64,000 bases of DNA, from the sequence record SRR31156797_6845, one strand, 5' to 3'. The notes under the pieces were generated by a model. It had not been told where the DNA came from and ran no database searches. It saw only the letters and a list, made by a program, of their open reading frames with translations. Below, piece by piece: positions 1 to 10,590 of this stretch. The stretch's first letter is position 1, and each line of letters begins with the position of its first letter. The position numbers and the translations under genes were made by a program.

Positions 1-46
1 CCCAGCGTCCCGAACGCTGTGCTCTACCAGGCTGAGCCACTTTCCG
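1..46 (-). tRNA. tRNA-Pro (CGG), partial, 3' part outside window
   Basis: Reverse complement CGGAAAGTGGCTCAGCCTGGTAGAGCACAGCGTTCGGGACGCTGGG: D-arm GCTCAGCCTGGTAGAGC; anticodon stem CAGCG/CGCTG with loop TTCGGGA. Confidence 0.93.
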
Positions 47-66
47 ACATTTTTTCGGCACAACAC

Positions 67-99
67 AAAAAAGCAGCCTGGTTTAAACCGGCTGCTTTT
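67..99 (-). terminator. Intrinsic terminator after HU gene
   Basis: AAAAGCAGCC...GGCTGCTTTT hairpin with T-run on minus strand. Confidence 0.75.
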
Positions 100-125
100 C
101 TAATAAAACCTGGGTGGCAAACAAA

Positions 126-398
126 TTATTCTACTGCATCGGCAAGTTTGCTACCTGGTTTGAATTTTGCGACTGTTTTGGCTGGAATGTCTATCATGTC
201 ACCGGTGCGAGGGTTTTTAGCCTTACGAGCGGAACGATTAACAGTGGAGAAAGTTCCAAAACCAACAAGTGTTACTTTATCTCCTTTTGCAAGAGCATCA
301 GTGATGGACATAAGCATTCCATTTAATGCTTTTTCTGCTGCGGCCTTACTGATATCTGCGGCCCCAGCCATTGCTTCTACAAGTTCCTTTTTATTCAT
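126..398 (-). CDS. hup: DNA-binding protein HU
   Basis: MNKKELV..., GFGTFS, RKAKNPRTG, KFKPGSKL signature; 90 aa; GGAGG SD. Confidence 0.97.
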   Translation of the reverse strand: MNKKELVEAMAGAADISKAAAEKALNGMLMSITDALAKGDKVTLVGFGTFSTVNRSARKAKNPRTGDMIDIPAKTVAKFKPGSKLADAVE

Positions 399-473
399 TC
401 TTCCCTCCCAAAGATTTTAATACTGCCACGACATTCAGGTTTATTCCTGAGCGGGCACTAGCGATGACGGTGG

Positions 474-503
474 AAGTTAAATAAACTTTTTTTTCTTTGT
501 CAA
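474..503 (-). promoter_or_regulatory. Putative sigma70 promoter of hup
   Basis: Minus-strand TTGACA (503-498), then TTAACT/TAACTT at 17-18 nt spacing. Confidence 0.5.
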
Positions 504-579
504 AGGAAAAAAATTGTTTTTTTCGACTTGAATGCCCATTAGAGCAGGCTTTCAGCGTTGTGAACAACCAATAAGGCTG

Positions 580-1383
580 TTAACGACCTTCCAGGTCAAG
601 ATAGACTTGTTTAATGCTGTTATTATAAAAAAAACGCAGAATTGCTACCCTTATATCTGGATTGGCAATTTTTGGCAAGTCAGCTTCGGCTAATTGTACA
701 TAGACGACACTGGTACGCTCTTTGTCCAGACGAACTCTGCAGCCATCAAATCCAAATTTACTCAGACCGCTCTCCCATAAGGATATTTTTCTGATACGTT
801 CCTCGGTAACGGGAAGACCATGTGGAATTCGAGTAGCCAGACACGATGCAGCAGGCAGTTCCCAACTGGAAAGTTCAAGTAGACGACTGCATTCCCGTAC
901 ATCGGACTTGTCGAGTCCTGCTTCCACTAGCGGCGTTTTAACACCTAACTCGTGAATAGCTCGTAAACCTGGTCTTTTGCTTTTGAGATCATCGGTATTG
1001 GTTCCATCAAGGAGAATGGAAAAGTCTTTTTTTTCCAAGACTTCCTTAAAACGTTTATAGATACGTAATTTGCACTGATAACAGCGTTCTTCTGAGTTAG
1101 AGACGAATTCCTTCCAGGCAAGTGGTTGTAAGTCGACCACGTGCATTTCTACACCCTTAGGGTATCCATTGGTAGCGAGCCAATTTTGAGCCAGGGATAT
1201 TTCTTCAGGTTTCAATAAAATTGAGGACCCAAACAGAACCAGCACATTGCCTGCACCCAAAGTATCAAGAGCGCTTTTAAGAAGAAGGGAGCTGTCAACA
1301 CCGCCGGAAAAAGCTACTGCAACCCGGCTGTACTTCAGGAGTACGCTATTTAATCGATTAAGTTTATCTTGAGTTTGCTGCAA
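580..1383 (-). CDS. larE: LarE-family ATP-dependent sulfur transferase (PP-loop)
   Basis: SGGVDSS PP-loop, CYQCK, DGTNTDD, RPGLRA, SCLATRIP motifs. Confidence 0.85.
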   Translation of the reverse strand: MQQTQDKLNRLNSVLLKYSRVAVAFSGGVDSSLLLKSALDTLGAGNVLVLFGSSILLKPEEISLAQNWLATNGYPKGVEMHVVDLQPLAWKEFVSNSEERCYQCKLRIYKRFKEVLEKKDFSILLDGTNTDDLKSKRPGLRAIHELGVKTPLVEAGLDKSDVRECSRLLELSSWELPAASCLATRIPHGLPVTEERIRKISLWESGLSKFGFDGCRVRLDKERTSVVYVQLAEADLPKIANPDIRVAILRFFYNNSIKQVYLDLEGR

Positions 1384-1689
1384 GCAAATTTCCTTTTGGT
1401 AACAGAATGGGTCCGGAGAAAACAGCGTTTAAAATAAAACCTGAATCAACACGCTGCACGAGAGAGTACAAATAAAATATTACTAGAATATATGATGCAA
1501 ATTAGTGTCCCCTGCAACCATTTTCAATTTTTTCTTTTCATCACTTAGTAAATGCTATAGATTTCTTCTCACTGATCAAAATAGATCTGCTGCACCATAT
1601 TGCCACTTAAGACAACCTTGTGTATGTCAAAAACAGATAAACACATACATCTTCCAACCTTTTAAAAGCTGACAAAAAGACGAACAATC

Positions 1690-2793
1690 ATGACCCCAAA
1701 AGCTAATATTTCACATGTCCGAGACAGGATTGATGCGATTGACGACACCATCCTTGAACTTTTAAAAGAACGTCTTGAATGTGCTCTGACGATAGGTGAG
1801 CTCAAGAATGAAACCAAACGGGCAAAGTGGGATCCACAAAGGGAGCTCGAAATTTACAATCGCCTCCGGGAAAAGAATCAAGAGGTATTCCCTTACAAAG
1901 CCCTTCACTCCATATTTCATGAGATTATCACCACATGTAGATTGTCACAACGCAAAGCGATAGTCGCCTATCTTGGACCAGAAGCGACGTTTACCCATCA
2001 GGCAGGCGTTAAATATTTTGGTCAGTCAGCTGATTACCGCCCGCTTGAGGCTATTGTTGAGGTCTTCCAGGAAGTTGAAAAAGAACGGGTTCAATATGGG
2101 ATTGTACCAGTGGAAAATTCCATTGAAGGAGCAGTAACTTCAAGCCTGGATTCTTTTTTCAATTATAAAGTACAGATATGCGGGGAAATTCAACTTCCAA
2201 TAACTCACAATCTGGTTTGTCGATCCGGAAACCTGGAAGACATCCAAACCGTTGCTTCTCATGCCCAGGGGCTCGCTCAATGCAGGGAATGGCTGCGAAA
2301 AAACCTACCGGATACCCCCACCCTTCCAGTCTTTTCGACTGGCGCTGCAGCCCAGATGGCTGCAAACAATCCAAACGTCGGCGCAATTGCCAGCAGTCTC
2401 GCTGTCACAGCATATGATCTACAAGTGGTCGTTAAAGGGATCGAAGACTATCAGGGTAACACCACTCGATTTCTGGTTCTGGGAAAACAATCACCTCAAA
2501 AAAGCGGTGCCGACAAAACCTCTGTCCTACTGGGACTAATAAATCGCCCTGGAGCATTGAACGAAATCCTGACTATACTGTCAGCCAAAAATATCGACCT
2601 TGCAAAGATAGAATCGCGTCCTACCAAGGGTAAACAATGGAAATATCTTTTTTTCCTCGACATGATCGGCCATATGGACGACCCGGTTATCCAGGAAGCA
2701 TGTAATATTTTAAAACAGATTTGTGCCTATTTCGAATGGCTTGGTTCCTACCCCCGTGCAGACAATATAGACATTAACGGTGGGGACTTTTAA
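1690..2793 (+). CDS. pheA: Chorismate mutase/prephenate dehydratase (P-protein)
   Basis: N-terminal CM (RDRIDAID), YLGPEATF, PVENSIEG, NTTRF, IESRP ACT domain. Confidence 0.96.
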   Translation: MTPKANISHVRDRIDAIDDTILELLKERLECALTIGELKNETKRAKWDPQRELEIYNRLREKNQEVFPYKALHSIFHEIITTCRLSQRKAIVAYLGPEATFTHQAGVKYFGQSADYRPLEAIVEVFQEVEKERVQYGIVPVENSIEGAVTSSLDSFFNYKVQICGEIQLPITHNLVCRSGNLEDIQTVASHAQGLAQCREWLRKNLPDTPTLPVFSTGAAAQMAANNPNVGAIASSLAVTAYDLQVVVKGIEDYQGNTTRFLVLGKQSPQKSGADKTSVLLGLINRPGALNEILTILSAKNIDLAKIESRPTKGKQWKYLFFLDMIGHMDDPVIQEACNILKQICAYFEWLGSYPRADNIDINGGDF

Positions 2794-2908
2794 GTTTTAA
2801 GTCCAAACCCTTACTCATCCGGCACGCTGCCTGTACCGCAATTGAGATAATCCTGCGGATAGCTCAAGCGCCAATTAAACAACCCGTTTTCCAGATAATT
2901 ACCCTGTT

Positions 2909-4744
2909 ATGCTACCACTTCTCAGCTGCAAGGGTTTGAGCAAAGCATTTGGTGCTCAAACCCTGTTTTCCAATATTACAATGAATTTACATTCTGGAGA
3001 TCGTGCCGGACTAATAGGCCCTAACGGTTCTGGTAAATCGACCCTGCTTAAAATTTTCTGCGGTCTTGCCGAGTGTGACAGCGGAGATATCTTCTCTCCA
3101 AAGCATACCCGCCTAAGCTATGTAGCTCAGGAAGACAGTTTCAACGAGGAGCTAAACTGTGTTGACAACCTTTACCTTGCAGTAAAGGATCTGGATATCG
3201 AACAGGCAGAGCAGTATAATCGAATATACACCGTTCTTAGTCGTGCTAACTTCGAGGATCAAACCAGTCCTGTTGAGAAATTATCTGGCGGCTGGCGAAA
3301 GCGCCTTGCTATATGCAGGGCACTGGTTGTCCACCCCGATGTACTCGTCATGGACGAACCCACCAACCATCTCGATATTGAGGGAATTATCTGGCTTGAA
3401 AAACTACTGCGTGCCAATCTCCCAGAAAGCCCTGCCGCTATGCTCATGGTCAGCCATGACCGGCGTTTTTTAGAAAACACAGTAAATAGAATAATTGAAT
3501 TAGGCCCTGTATATCCAGAAGGCTCACTTGAAGCTACTGGAACCTATGCTGATTTTTTAGAAAAAAAATCAGCTTTTCTTGATCAACAACAACATACAGA
3601 AGAACGGCTCGCCAACAAGGTGCGACGAGAAACGGAATGGCTTCGCCGCGGCCCAAAAGCACGTTCAACCAAGGCCAAATACCGCATCGATGAGGCAGGC
3701 CGCCTGCAGGGCGAACTTAACAGTGTTCGTTCACGAAATCGCGCAACGGGTTCGGTAGCTATTCAGTTTGATGCAACGCACCGCAAAACCAAAAAATTAT
3801 TGGTCTGTAACAAAATTAGTAAGCAATTTACCGAAAGCCCACTTTTTAAAAATCTTGACCTGGTGCTTTCACCTGGGTCGCGCTTAGGTATCTTAGGGAG
3901 AAACGGGACTGGAAAATCGACTCTCATGCAAATTCTTGCGGCGGCAACAGAAAATGACGGTCCCAAGCCGGATAGTGGAACTGTTACTACTGCTGAAAAT
4001 GTACGCATTGTTAGCTTTGATCAACGACGTGAACAGCTGGACAAATCAACAACGCTCAAACGTGCCCTTGCACCCGACGGTGACTCTGTTGTTTATCAGG
4101 ACAGAAGTATCCATGTTGTGTCCTGGGCAAAACGATTTCTTTTTCGGCCTGACCAGCTCGATACCCCTGTACATCGTTTATCTGGGGGTGAACAAGCCAG
4201 AATTCTGATTGCCAGGCTCATGCTCAAGCCGGCCGACATACTCCTTCTTGACGAACCGACAAATGACCTGGACATTCCTTCCCTTGATGTCCTTGAAGAA
4301 AGTCTTGCCGAATTTCCAGGCGCGTTGGTACTGGTAAGCCATGATCGTTTTATGCTTGACCAAGTCTGCAATAATATCCTGGGGTTCAACGGGAAAGGCG
4401 GTACCAACTTCTTTGCCGACTATGAGCAATGGCTCGCAGACTTACATCTTATTCAACAAAGCACTGCGGTAAAGCCAGCCTCTGAACCACCCGCTAAAAA
4501 ACCTTCCAAAGCGAAAGCGGGTAAACTATCCTACATGGACCAGCGCGAGTATGACCAGATGGAGGATGAAATTAATCGCCGGGAAGAACGCATAGAAGGA
4601 CTACAGTCACTTATGGTATCCCCGGAAGCCGTCTCTGACTCACAGCTTTTACAGGATTACTGGAACGAACAGGAACAGCTCCAAAACGAGGTTGAAAGAC
4701 TCTATACCAGATGGGAAGAACTGGAAGAACGTAAGCTGAAATAA
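2909..4744 (+). CDS. uup: ABC-F family ATPase (Uup-like)
   Basis: Two ABC domains (GPNGSGKST, GRNGTGKST; LSGG; DEPTN), EWLRRGPKARSTK linker, C-terminal KLSY coiled coil. Confidence 0.85.
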   Translation: MLPLLSCKGLSKAFGAQTLFSNITMNLHSGDRAGLIGPNGSGKSTLLKIFCGLAECDSGDIFSPKHTRLSYVAQEDSFNEELNCVDNLYLAVKDLDIEQAEQYNRIYTVLSRANFEDQTSPVEKLSGGWRKRLAICRALVVHPDVLVMDEPTNHLDIEGIIWLEKLLRANLPESPAAMLMVSHDRRFLENTVNRIIELGPVYPEGSLEATGTYADFLEKKSAFLDQQQHTEERLANKVRRETEWLRRGPKARSTKAKYRIDEAGRLQGELNSVRSRNRATGSVAIQFDATHRKTKKLLVCNKISKQFTESPLFKNLDLVLSPGSRLGILGRNGTGKSTLMQILAAATENDGPKPDSGTVTTAENVRIVSFDQRREQLDKSTTLKRALAPDGDSVVYQDRSIHVVSWAKRFLFRPDQLDTPVHRLSGGEQARILIARLMLKPADILLLDEPTNDLDIPSLDVLEESLAEFPGALVLVSHDRFMLDQVCNNILGFNGKGGTNFFADYEQWLADLHLIQQSTAVKPASEPPAKKPSKAKAGKLSYMDQREYDQMEDEINRREERIEGLQSLMVSPEAVSDSQLLQDYWNEQEQLQNEVERLYTRWEELEERKLK

Positions 4745-4806
4745 CTCAAGACCGACAGTCTTTGGCAGCGTACCCTCTCCCATTTAGTTACAGAACCCTA
4801 ATCTCG

Positions 4807-4835
4807 TTGACACACCATATCTTTTTTTATATATC
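4807..4835 (+). promoter_or_regulatory. Putative sigma70 promoter of amino-acid ABC operon
   Basis: TTGACA at 4807, TATATC 17 nt downstream. Confidence 0.5.
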
Positions 4836-4910
4836 AGGGGCGTTAATGGTTCTGTGTATTTTCCATGCAGAATCACTGTCCCAGCTATCAAAATCTAAAA
4901 GGTGATACCT

Positions 4911-5663
4911 ATGATGAAAAAAACCCTGGCTTTGTTTGCTGCTTTTTCTCTCCTTGCAATGTGCAGTACGGCTTTTGCTGCCAAAAGCAAAATCGTCAAC
5001 GGCATTGACGCTAACTTCCCCCCCTTTGCTTACATTGACAAAACTGGTAAGCCCAGTGGATTTGATGTAGAAGCAATGGATTGGATTGCCAAAGACATCG
5101 GTGTTGAAGTCAGCCATCAGCCAATTGAATGGGACGGCATTATCACCGCCTTATTGACAAAAAAAATCGACATAATCGCCTCTGGTATGAGTGCGACCGA
5201 AGAGCGTGCTAAAAAAGTCAATTTCAGCATTCCTTACTGGATTATCAAGCAGGTTATGGTCACCAAAAATGGTTCTACGCTGACCATTGATGAAATTTTA
5301 AAAGGCAAAAAAACCATTGGCGTACAGCAAGGAACGACAGAAGCCAAATGGCTTAAGGCTGAAGCTGAGAAAAATGGTTGGAACTACAAACTTCGTTACT
5401 ACAGTTCCTCCCCACTTTCAGTTGAGGACGTCTTAAACGGCAGAATAGACGCAGCAGCTATGGACGATGCTCCGGCACATGATGCAGCTTCCAAAAAAGA
5501 TGTACAGATTGTTGGGACCTTTGGCATGCACCCTGAAAATTTTGGATATGCAGTCCGCAAAGATAGCCCTGAACTGCTCGAAAAGGTTAACAAATCTCTG
5601 GCCAAGCTCATGGCATCTCCTCAATGGGATGAATTAATAAAAAAATATGAGTTGAACAAGTAA
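4911..5663 (+). CDS. Polar amino-acid ABC transporter substrate-binding protein
   Basis: Signal peptide, FPPFAY, GFDVE, family-3 SBP motifs; ATG at 4911 preferred over GTG 4902. Confidence 0.93.
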   Translation: MMKKTLALFAAFSLLAMCSTAFAAKSKIVNGIDANFPPFAYIDKTGKPSGFDVEAMDWIAKDIGVEVSHQPIEWDGIITALLTKKIDIIASGMSATEERAKKVNFSIPYWIIKQVMVTKNGSTLTIDEILKGKKTIGVQQGTTEAKWLKAEAEKNGWNYKLRYYSSSPLSVEDVLNGRIDAAAMDDAPAHDAASKKDVQIVGTFGMHPENFGYAVRKDSPELLEKVNKSLAKLMASPQWDELIKKYELNK

Positions 5664-5671
5664 TCTACGAT

Positions 5672-5707
5672 GGGCGGATAGTATTTCTATACTATCCGCC
5701 CTTTCTT
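5672..5707 (+). terminator. Intra-operon hairpin/terminator after SBP gene
   Basis: 13-bp stem GGGCGGATAGTAT/ATACTATCCGCCC followed by TTTCTT. Confidence 0.8.
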
Positions 5708-5786
5708 ATAGATTCTCGCCTGACCCATCACCACTTTTTCTAACTCCCTATAACCTCTAAGGGTTATATTTCCCTTTCCGGAAACT

Positions 5787-6470
5787 ATGCCAGCCAGCCT
5801 TTCTGTTATCGTAGACTCTTTTCCTTACCTTCTTCAGGGCACTCTCAATACTGCTGGTATTGTGTTTGCTGCAATGTTTCTCGGCTTATTGATAGGAATT
5901 TTGGTCGCAGTCGGCATAGTCTATGGAAGGAGACCAATACAAATTCTACTGAGTACCTATGTTTGGTTTTTCAGGGGAGTACCTGTACTGGTCCTGCTTT
6001 TTCTTTTTTATTTTGGCCTGTTTTCCTATTTCAACATCCAATTTAGCGCCTTCACCTCCGTGACCATTGTCCTTGGGCTGACAACCGGCGCTTACCAGGC
6101 AAATATCTTTAAAGGCGCCATACTTGCGCTGCCCAAAGGCCAGTTCAAAGCTGCAAGTGCCTTGGGCATGAGCAACAGCCAAGCCGTTCGCTCAATTATA
6201 CTCCCGCAAATATTGCGTATGTCCATTCCAGCCTGGTCCAATGAATATTCCATTATCCTCAAGGACTCTGCCCTTGCTTTTGTTATAGGTGCTCCAGAAA
6301 TTATGGCTCGTACGCAGTTCGTAGCCTCTCGTACTTACCAGCATCTTCCCCTTTATATATCGGCTGGAATCCTCTATTTTTTCCTGACCTGGGCAGGTTT
6401 GTATGCATTGAACAAACTTTCAGATGCTGTTCGCATTCCCGGTTACAGTCACCATGGTATGAAAGAATGA
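5787..6470 (+). CDS. Amino-acid ABC transporter permease
   Basis: FRGVPVLV, GQFKAASALGM EAA loop, hydrophobic. Confidence 0.93.
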   Translation: MPASLSVIVDSFPYLLQGTLNTAGIVFAAMFLGLLIGILVAVGIVYGRRPIQILLSTYVWFFRGVPVLVLLFLFYFGLFSYFNIQFSAFTSVTIVLGLTTGAYQANIFKGAILALPKGQFKAASALGMSNSQAVRSIILPQILRMSIPAWSNEYSIILKDSALAFVIGAPEIMARTQFVASRTYQHLPLYISAGILYFFLTWAGLYALNKLSDAVRIPGYSHHGMKE

Positions 6471-7231
6471 CCTTGAATAATCCCATACTCAAAGCAAAAG
6501 CTATCCGAAAGTCGTTTAGCGGCAACACAATTTTAAATGGTGTTGATGTTGAACTGAAAAAAGGCGAAATCATTGTCCTTATCGGACCTTCCGGTGGTGG
6601 TAAAAGCACCCTTCTTCAATGCATTAACTGCCTGGTAATACCCGATGACGGTGAGATAGAACTCGAACAGGAGCAGGTAGATTTTGCTAACAAGCAAGAT
6701 CTCTATCGATTGCGGCAGCAGGTTGGTATGATCTTCCAAGAATTTAATCTGTTTGATCATCTCCCAGCCCTAGACAATATTACGATTGCGTTACGCAAGG
6801 TGAAAAAACTTGACCGACCTGCAGCAGAAAAACGAGCCCGGCTGGAACTGGAACAAGTCGGATTGGCTGAGAAGTGCGATCTCTACCCTGCCCAATTGTC
6901 TGGCGGACAAAAACAGCGCGTCGCTATCGCCAGAGCCCTAGCAATGGACCCTAAGGTACTTCTGCTTGATGAGCCAACGTCTGCCCTTGACCCTGATCTT
7001 ATAGGTGAAGTTATATCTGTCATCAAAAACTTAGCAGCCAAAGGAATGACCATGATCATGGCCACCCACCAAATAAGCCTTATTGCAAGCCTTGCTGATC
7101 ATATTCTTTTTATGGAAAACGGACAAATTGTTGAAGCTGGTTCCCCTGACGAACTCCTTGCCAAGGGAAAGAACAATAAAACGCAGGGGTTCTGTGACCG
7201 GTTGAACGAACTTGCCACTGGAGACCAGTAA
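6467..7231 (+). CDS. Amino-acid ABC transporter ATP-binding protein
   Basis: GPSGGGKST, LSGGQKQRVAIARAL, DEPTSALDP. Confidence 0.95.
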   Translation: MTLNNPILKAKAIRKSFSGNTILNGVDVELKKGEIIVLIGPSGGGKSTLLQCINCLVIPDDGEIELEQEQVDFANKQDLYRLRQQVGMIFQEFNLFDHLPALDNITIALRKVKKLDRPAAEKRARLELEQVGLAEKCDLYPAQLSGGQKQRVAIARALAMDPKVLLLDEPTSALDPDLIGEVISVIKNLAAKGMTMIMATHQISLIASLADHILFMENGQIVEAGSPDELLAKGKNNKTQGFCDRLNELATGDQ

Positions 7232-7233
7232 AA

Positions 7234-7899
7234 GTGGAATTTTCTCCATTTTACCAAGAACTTTTTTCAAGCCTCAATCGCGGCTTGCTCATGTCTGTTG
7301 CCCTGATTATTCCCTCTGCAATTGGAGGAGTACTCATTGGGATCACCGCTGGGTGTCTGCGCGCTTATGGTAACCGGGCGATACGTATGTTTGGCAATGG
7401 CTATGCTGCAGTGTTCAGGGGAACTCCCCTTGTGGTGCAGCTCTTTGTTCTCTATTTCGGGCTGCCCAACCTCGGCATCTATTTTTCGCCATATGCTGCG
7501 GCTGTAACCGGGTTTATTCTCTGCAGCGGCGCATATCAGTCCGAATACATTCGAGGAGCACTCCTTTCTATTAAAAGAGGGCAATATGCGGGTGCCCATG
7601 CTCTAGGTTTAACCAATTTTCAAACCATTTACTGGATTATCATTCCCCAGGCAGTGCGCCGCGCTATTCACGGTTGCGGCAATGAAATCATCTATCTTAT
7701 TAAATACTCATCTCTAGCCTATATCGTTACCTGCCTTGAACTTACCGGGGAAGGCAAAACCGTTGCCACAGAATATTTTCGTTTTACTGAAGTATTTATG
7801 ATTATAGGTCTTTACTATCTTGCCCTGGTAACATGTGCCTCTTTTATACTTAAAATGATTGAAAAAAGACTCTATATTCCTGGTTTTGGTCATAAATAG
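7234..7899 (+). CDS. Amino-acid ABC transporter permease
   Basis: FRGTPLVVQL, AYQSEYIRGA, GQY..A.ALG. Confidence 0.93.
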   Translation: MEFSPFYQELFSSLNRGLLMSVALIIPSAIGGVLIGITAGCLRAYGNRAIRMFGNGYAAVFRGTPLVVQLFVLYFGLPNLGIYFSPYAAAVTGFILCSGAYQSEYIRGALLSIKRGQYAGAHALGLTNFQTIYWIIIPQAVRRAIHGCGNEIIYLIKYSSLAYIVTCLELTGEGKTVATEYFRFTEVFMIIGLYYLALVTCASFILKMIEKRLYIPGFGHK

Positions 7900-7931
7900 G
7901 CAACCTGCCCCTCCCCATATTTTTATTAGCC

Positions 7932-9332
7932 ATGCCTTATCCTTTTTCTCCCCTTACCGCTGACTTTAAGGAAAAAATTACTGCTGCCGTTTCACCGGGA
8001 TCAGTGATTACGGAAGACTCTATTTTAGAAAAATATTCCGGTGATGCTTCTAAATTACGCTGCACTCCTGAGATGGTCATCTGTCCATATACTGTGGCCG
8101 ATGTCCAACAAGTTATACAACTTGCCAATGAATATAATTTCCCTGTAACCCCTCGTGGTGCAGGGTCCGGCTTGGCAGGCGGCTGTCTCGCTGACCATGC
8201 CGGAGTTGTCCTCTCCACCGAACGACTCACCGAGATCTCGGTTATTGATTCGATTAATGGTATTATCAAGGTCCAGGCTGGCGTCATCAGTCAGGATGTG
8301 AAAGGTGCAGCAGAGGCTGGTGGTCTTTACTACCCCCCAGATCCAGCTGGTATGGATCTCAGTACCATTGGCGGAAATGCGGCCACCGACGCTGGTGGAC
8401 CTGCCTGCGTTAAATATGGGACAACAAGAGATTATATCCTTGGTCTTGACGCGGTTTTGCCAAACGGAGAGTGCATTGCAACCGGTGTCCAAACCAGAAA
8501 AGGTGTAGTTGGTTATGACTTAACCAACCTGCTTGTAGGCAGCGAAGGGACTCTTGGCATTATCACCAGCCTTTGGCTTAGACTCATACCTAAGCCACCA
8601 GCCATCATCGGGTTAATGTGTGTCTTCAGCGACATGACTTCGGCAATGAACAGTGTCACCACTATTATGGCTGCAGGTCACCTTCCCTGTGCCATCGAAT
8701 TTCTTGATCATAAGTGCATTTCACTTGTGGGGGAATTACTTCCCTTTGATCTTCCAGGCAGTACACCTTCTATACTGATCATCGAACTCGATGGCCCTGA
8801 AAACCAAATTAAGCAGGAACTCACTACAATTGAGGAAATCCTTCAGGCGCAGGGTGCGGCTGCCATTATTCCAGCTGTAAACCAGCAGCAGAGACAAGAA
8901 ATTTGGAACGTGCGGCGTCAGGTTAGTTTGCGCATTCATGATTACGCCAATGTGTACATCCCAGAAGACGTTGCCGTCCCGATCAGTGCCATTGCTCAAC
9001 TTATTGATGCACTTCCTGTTTATGAAAAAAAATACGGTGTTGAAATTTTCGCTTTTGGTCATGCTGGAGACGGTAATATACACCTCAGCGTGACAGCCGA
9101 GAACAGCAACAGCCGCGACAATGCTGAATCTGCCGTCAAGGAGCTTCTCGCACTCAGTATCAAACTCAACGGGACTATTTCCGGTGAACACGGTATAGGA
9201 CTGGCAAAAAAAAGCTACCTGCCAATGGAGCTCTCAGCAACAAACATTGAGTTGCAGCGCAGCATCAAAACGCTTTTTGATCCCAACAACATCCTCAATC
9301 CTGGAAAAGTTTTTCCCGATCAGCCAAAATAA
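7932..9332 (+). CDS. FAD-linked oxidase, GlcD/D-2-hydroxyacid dehydrogenase family
   Basis: PRGAGSGLAGG, YPPDP, GSEGTLG, HAGDGNIH, SGEHGIG, DP..ILNPGK. Confidence 0.9.
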   Translation: MPYPFSPLTADFKEKITAAVSPGSVITEDSILEKYSGDASKLRCTPEMVICPYTVADVQQVIQLANEYNFPVTPRGAGSGLAGGCLADHAGVVLSTERLTEISVIDSINGIIKVQAGVISQDVKGAAEAGGLYYPPDPAGMDLSTIGGNAATDAGGPACVKYGTTRDYILGLDAVLPNGECIATGVQTRKGVVGYDLTNLLVGSEGTLGIITSLWLRLIPKPPAIIGLMCVFSDMTSAMNSVTTIMAAGHLPCAIEFLDHKCISLVGELLPFDLPGSTPSILIIELDGPENQIKQELTTIEEILQAQGAAAIIPAVNQQQRQEIWNVRRQVSLRIHDYANVYIPEDVAVPISAIAQLIDALPVYEKKYGVEIFAFGHAGDGNIHLSVTAENSNSRDNAESAVKELLALSIKLNGTISGEHGIGLAKKSYLPMELSATNIELQRSIKTLFDPNNILNPGKVFPDQPK

Positions 9333-9343
9333 CCCACCACCAT

Positions 9344-10528
9344 ATGACTCAAAAGATGACCATACCATTTTGTCGACCTAGCAGTAGAATACAGGCTGTT
9401 GCCCCTTCAGCTACCAAATTAATGGCCCAGCGTGCAGCTGGCATTGAAAATTGCGTTTCGCTTGGTCAAGGGATTCCCGGTTTTTCGCCCCCGTCCAATG
9501 TGGTGCAGGCGGTGCAAAAAATGCTGGATGATACTCCCACAATCAGCAGATACACCCTCCAAAATGGAATGCCGGAACTCCGCGAGCGGCTCAGTAAATA
9601 TTTACTTGTTGAAAAGGGAGTTGAGGCTGACCCAGATCAAGAAATATGTGTAACGGTTGGCGGCATGGAAGCACTCTTAGCATCAATTCTGGCTGTAGTC
9701 GACCCAGGTGACGAGGTATTGCTTCCTTCCCCCACATATGCGTCGTACACGGAACAGGTTCTCCTTGCCGGTGGCGTCCCTGTATTCGTTCCCTTAAACA
9801 GTGAATGGGGAATTCATTTTGCCAGTTTAAAAGCGGCCATTACCAAAAACACAAAGGCAATTCTGCTCTGTAATCCTGGAAACCCTACAGGAAATGTCTA
9901 TTCAGCAGCAGAAATTCATACCCTCTGTGAACTCGCTGTTGCCAACAACATGGTGCTTATTATAGACGAGGCATATGACTATATTGTCTATGATGACACT
10001 AACATTCTGAATCCACTCAGCTTAGATGAGTATCGGAATCACGTAATAGCCATTGGTTCTTTATCAAAAAAATATTGTCTTACCGGATGGCGGGTGGGCT
10101 GGGTTGCAGCAGCCAGACAGTGGATGGAACATATTACCAAGGTACACGACGCGGCAACGATTTGCGCGCCGACCATATCACAATGTGCAGCGCTTGCCGC
10201 ACTAAATGGTGATCAACAATGGGTAGCTGGCTGTTGTCAGGAACTTGCAGAGAAAAAAAAGGTATGCTGCAGTCGATTAGACAGGCTTGCGCCCCACTTT
10301 AGCTATGTTACTCCTAAAGGTGCCTTTTACATCATGGCCAGATATCATTTTTCAAAAGAAAATTCGCATCAGACCGCAAACCGATTGCTTGATGAGACAG
10401 GCGTAATAACGATACCGGGTGCTTCCTTTGGCCAAGGCGGCGAAGGGCATCTTAGACTGTCTTTTGGTGGAGAAACATCAGAAATAAATGAATCCTTTGA
10501 CAGAATTGAGCGCTGGCTTGGAGTGTAA
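9344..10528 (+). CDS. PLP-dependent aminotransferase class I/II
   Basis: NPGNPTG, DEAY, SLSKKYCLTGWRVG, HLRLSF. Confidence 0.92.
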   Translation: MTQKMTIPFCRPSSRIQAVAPSATKLMAQRAAGIENCVSLGQGIPGFSPPSNVVQAVQKMLDDTPTISRYTLQNGMPELRERLSKYLLVEKGVEADPDQEICVTVGGMEALLASILAVVDPGDEVLLPSPTYASYTEQVLLAGGVPVFVPLNSEWGIHFASLKAAITKNTKAILLCNPGNPTGNVYSAAEIHTLCELAVANNMVLIIDEAYDYIVYDDTNILNPLSLDEYRNHVIAIGSLSKKYCLTGWRVGWVAAARQWMEHITKVHDAATICAPTISQCAALAALNGDQQWVAGCCQELAEKKKVCCSRLDRLAPHFSYVTPKGAFYIMARYHFSKENSHQTANRLLDETGVITIPGASFGQGGEGHLRLSFGGETSEINESFDRIERWLGV

Positions 10529-10590
10529 ATTCCGGCAGCCCCAAGCTCTGTGCATCTCTTTTAAATTATCTACAAACCGGTCTGAGCGCC

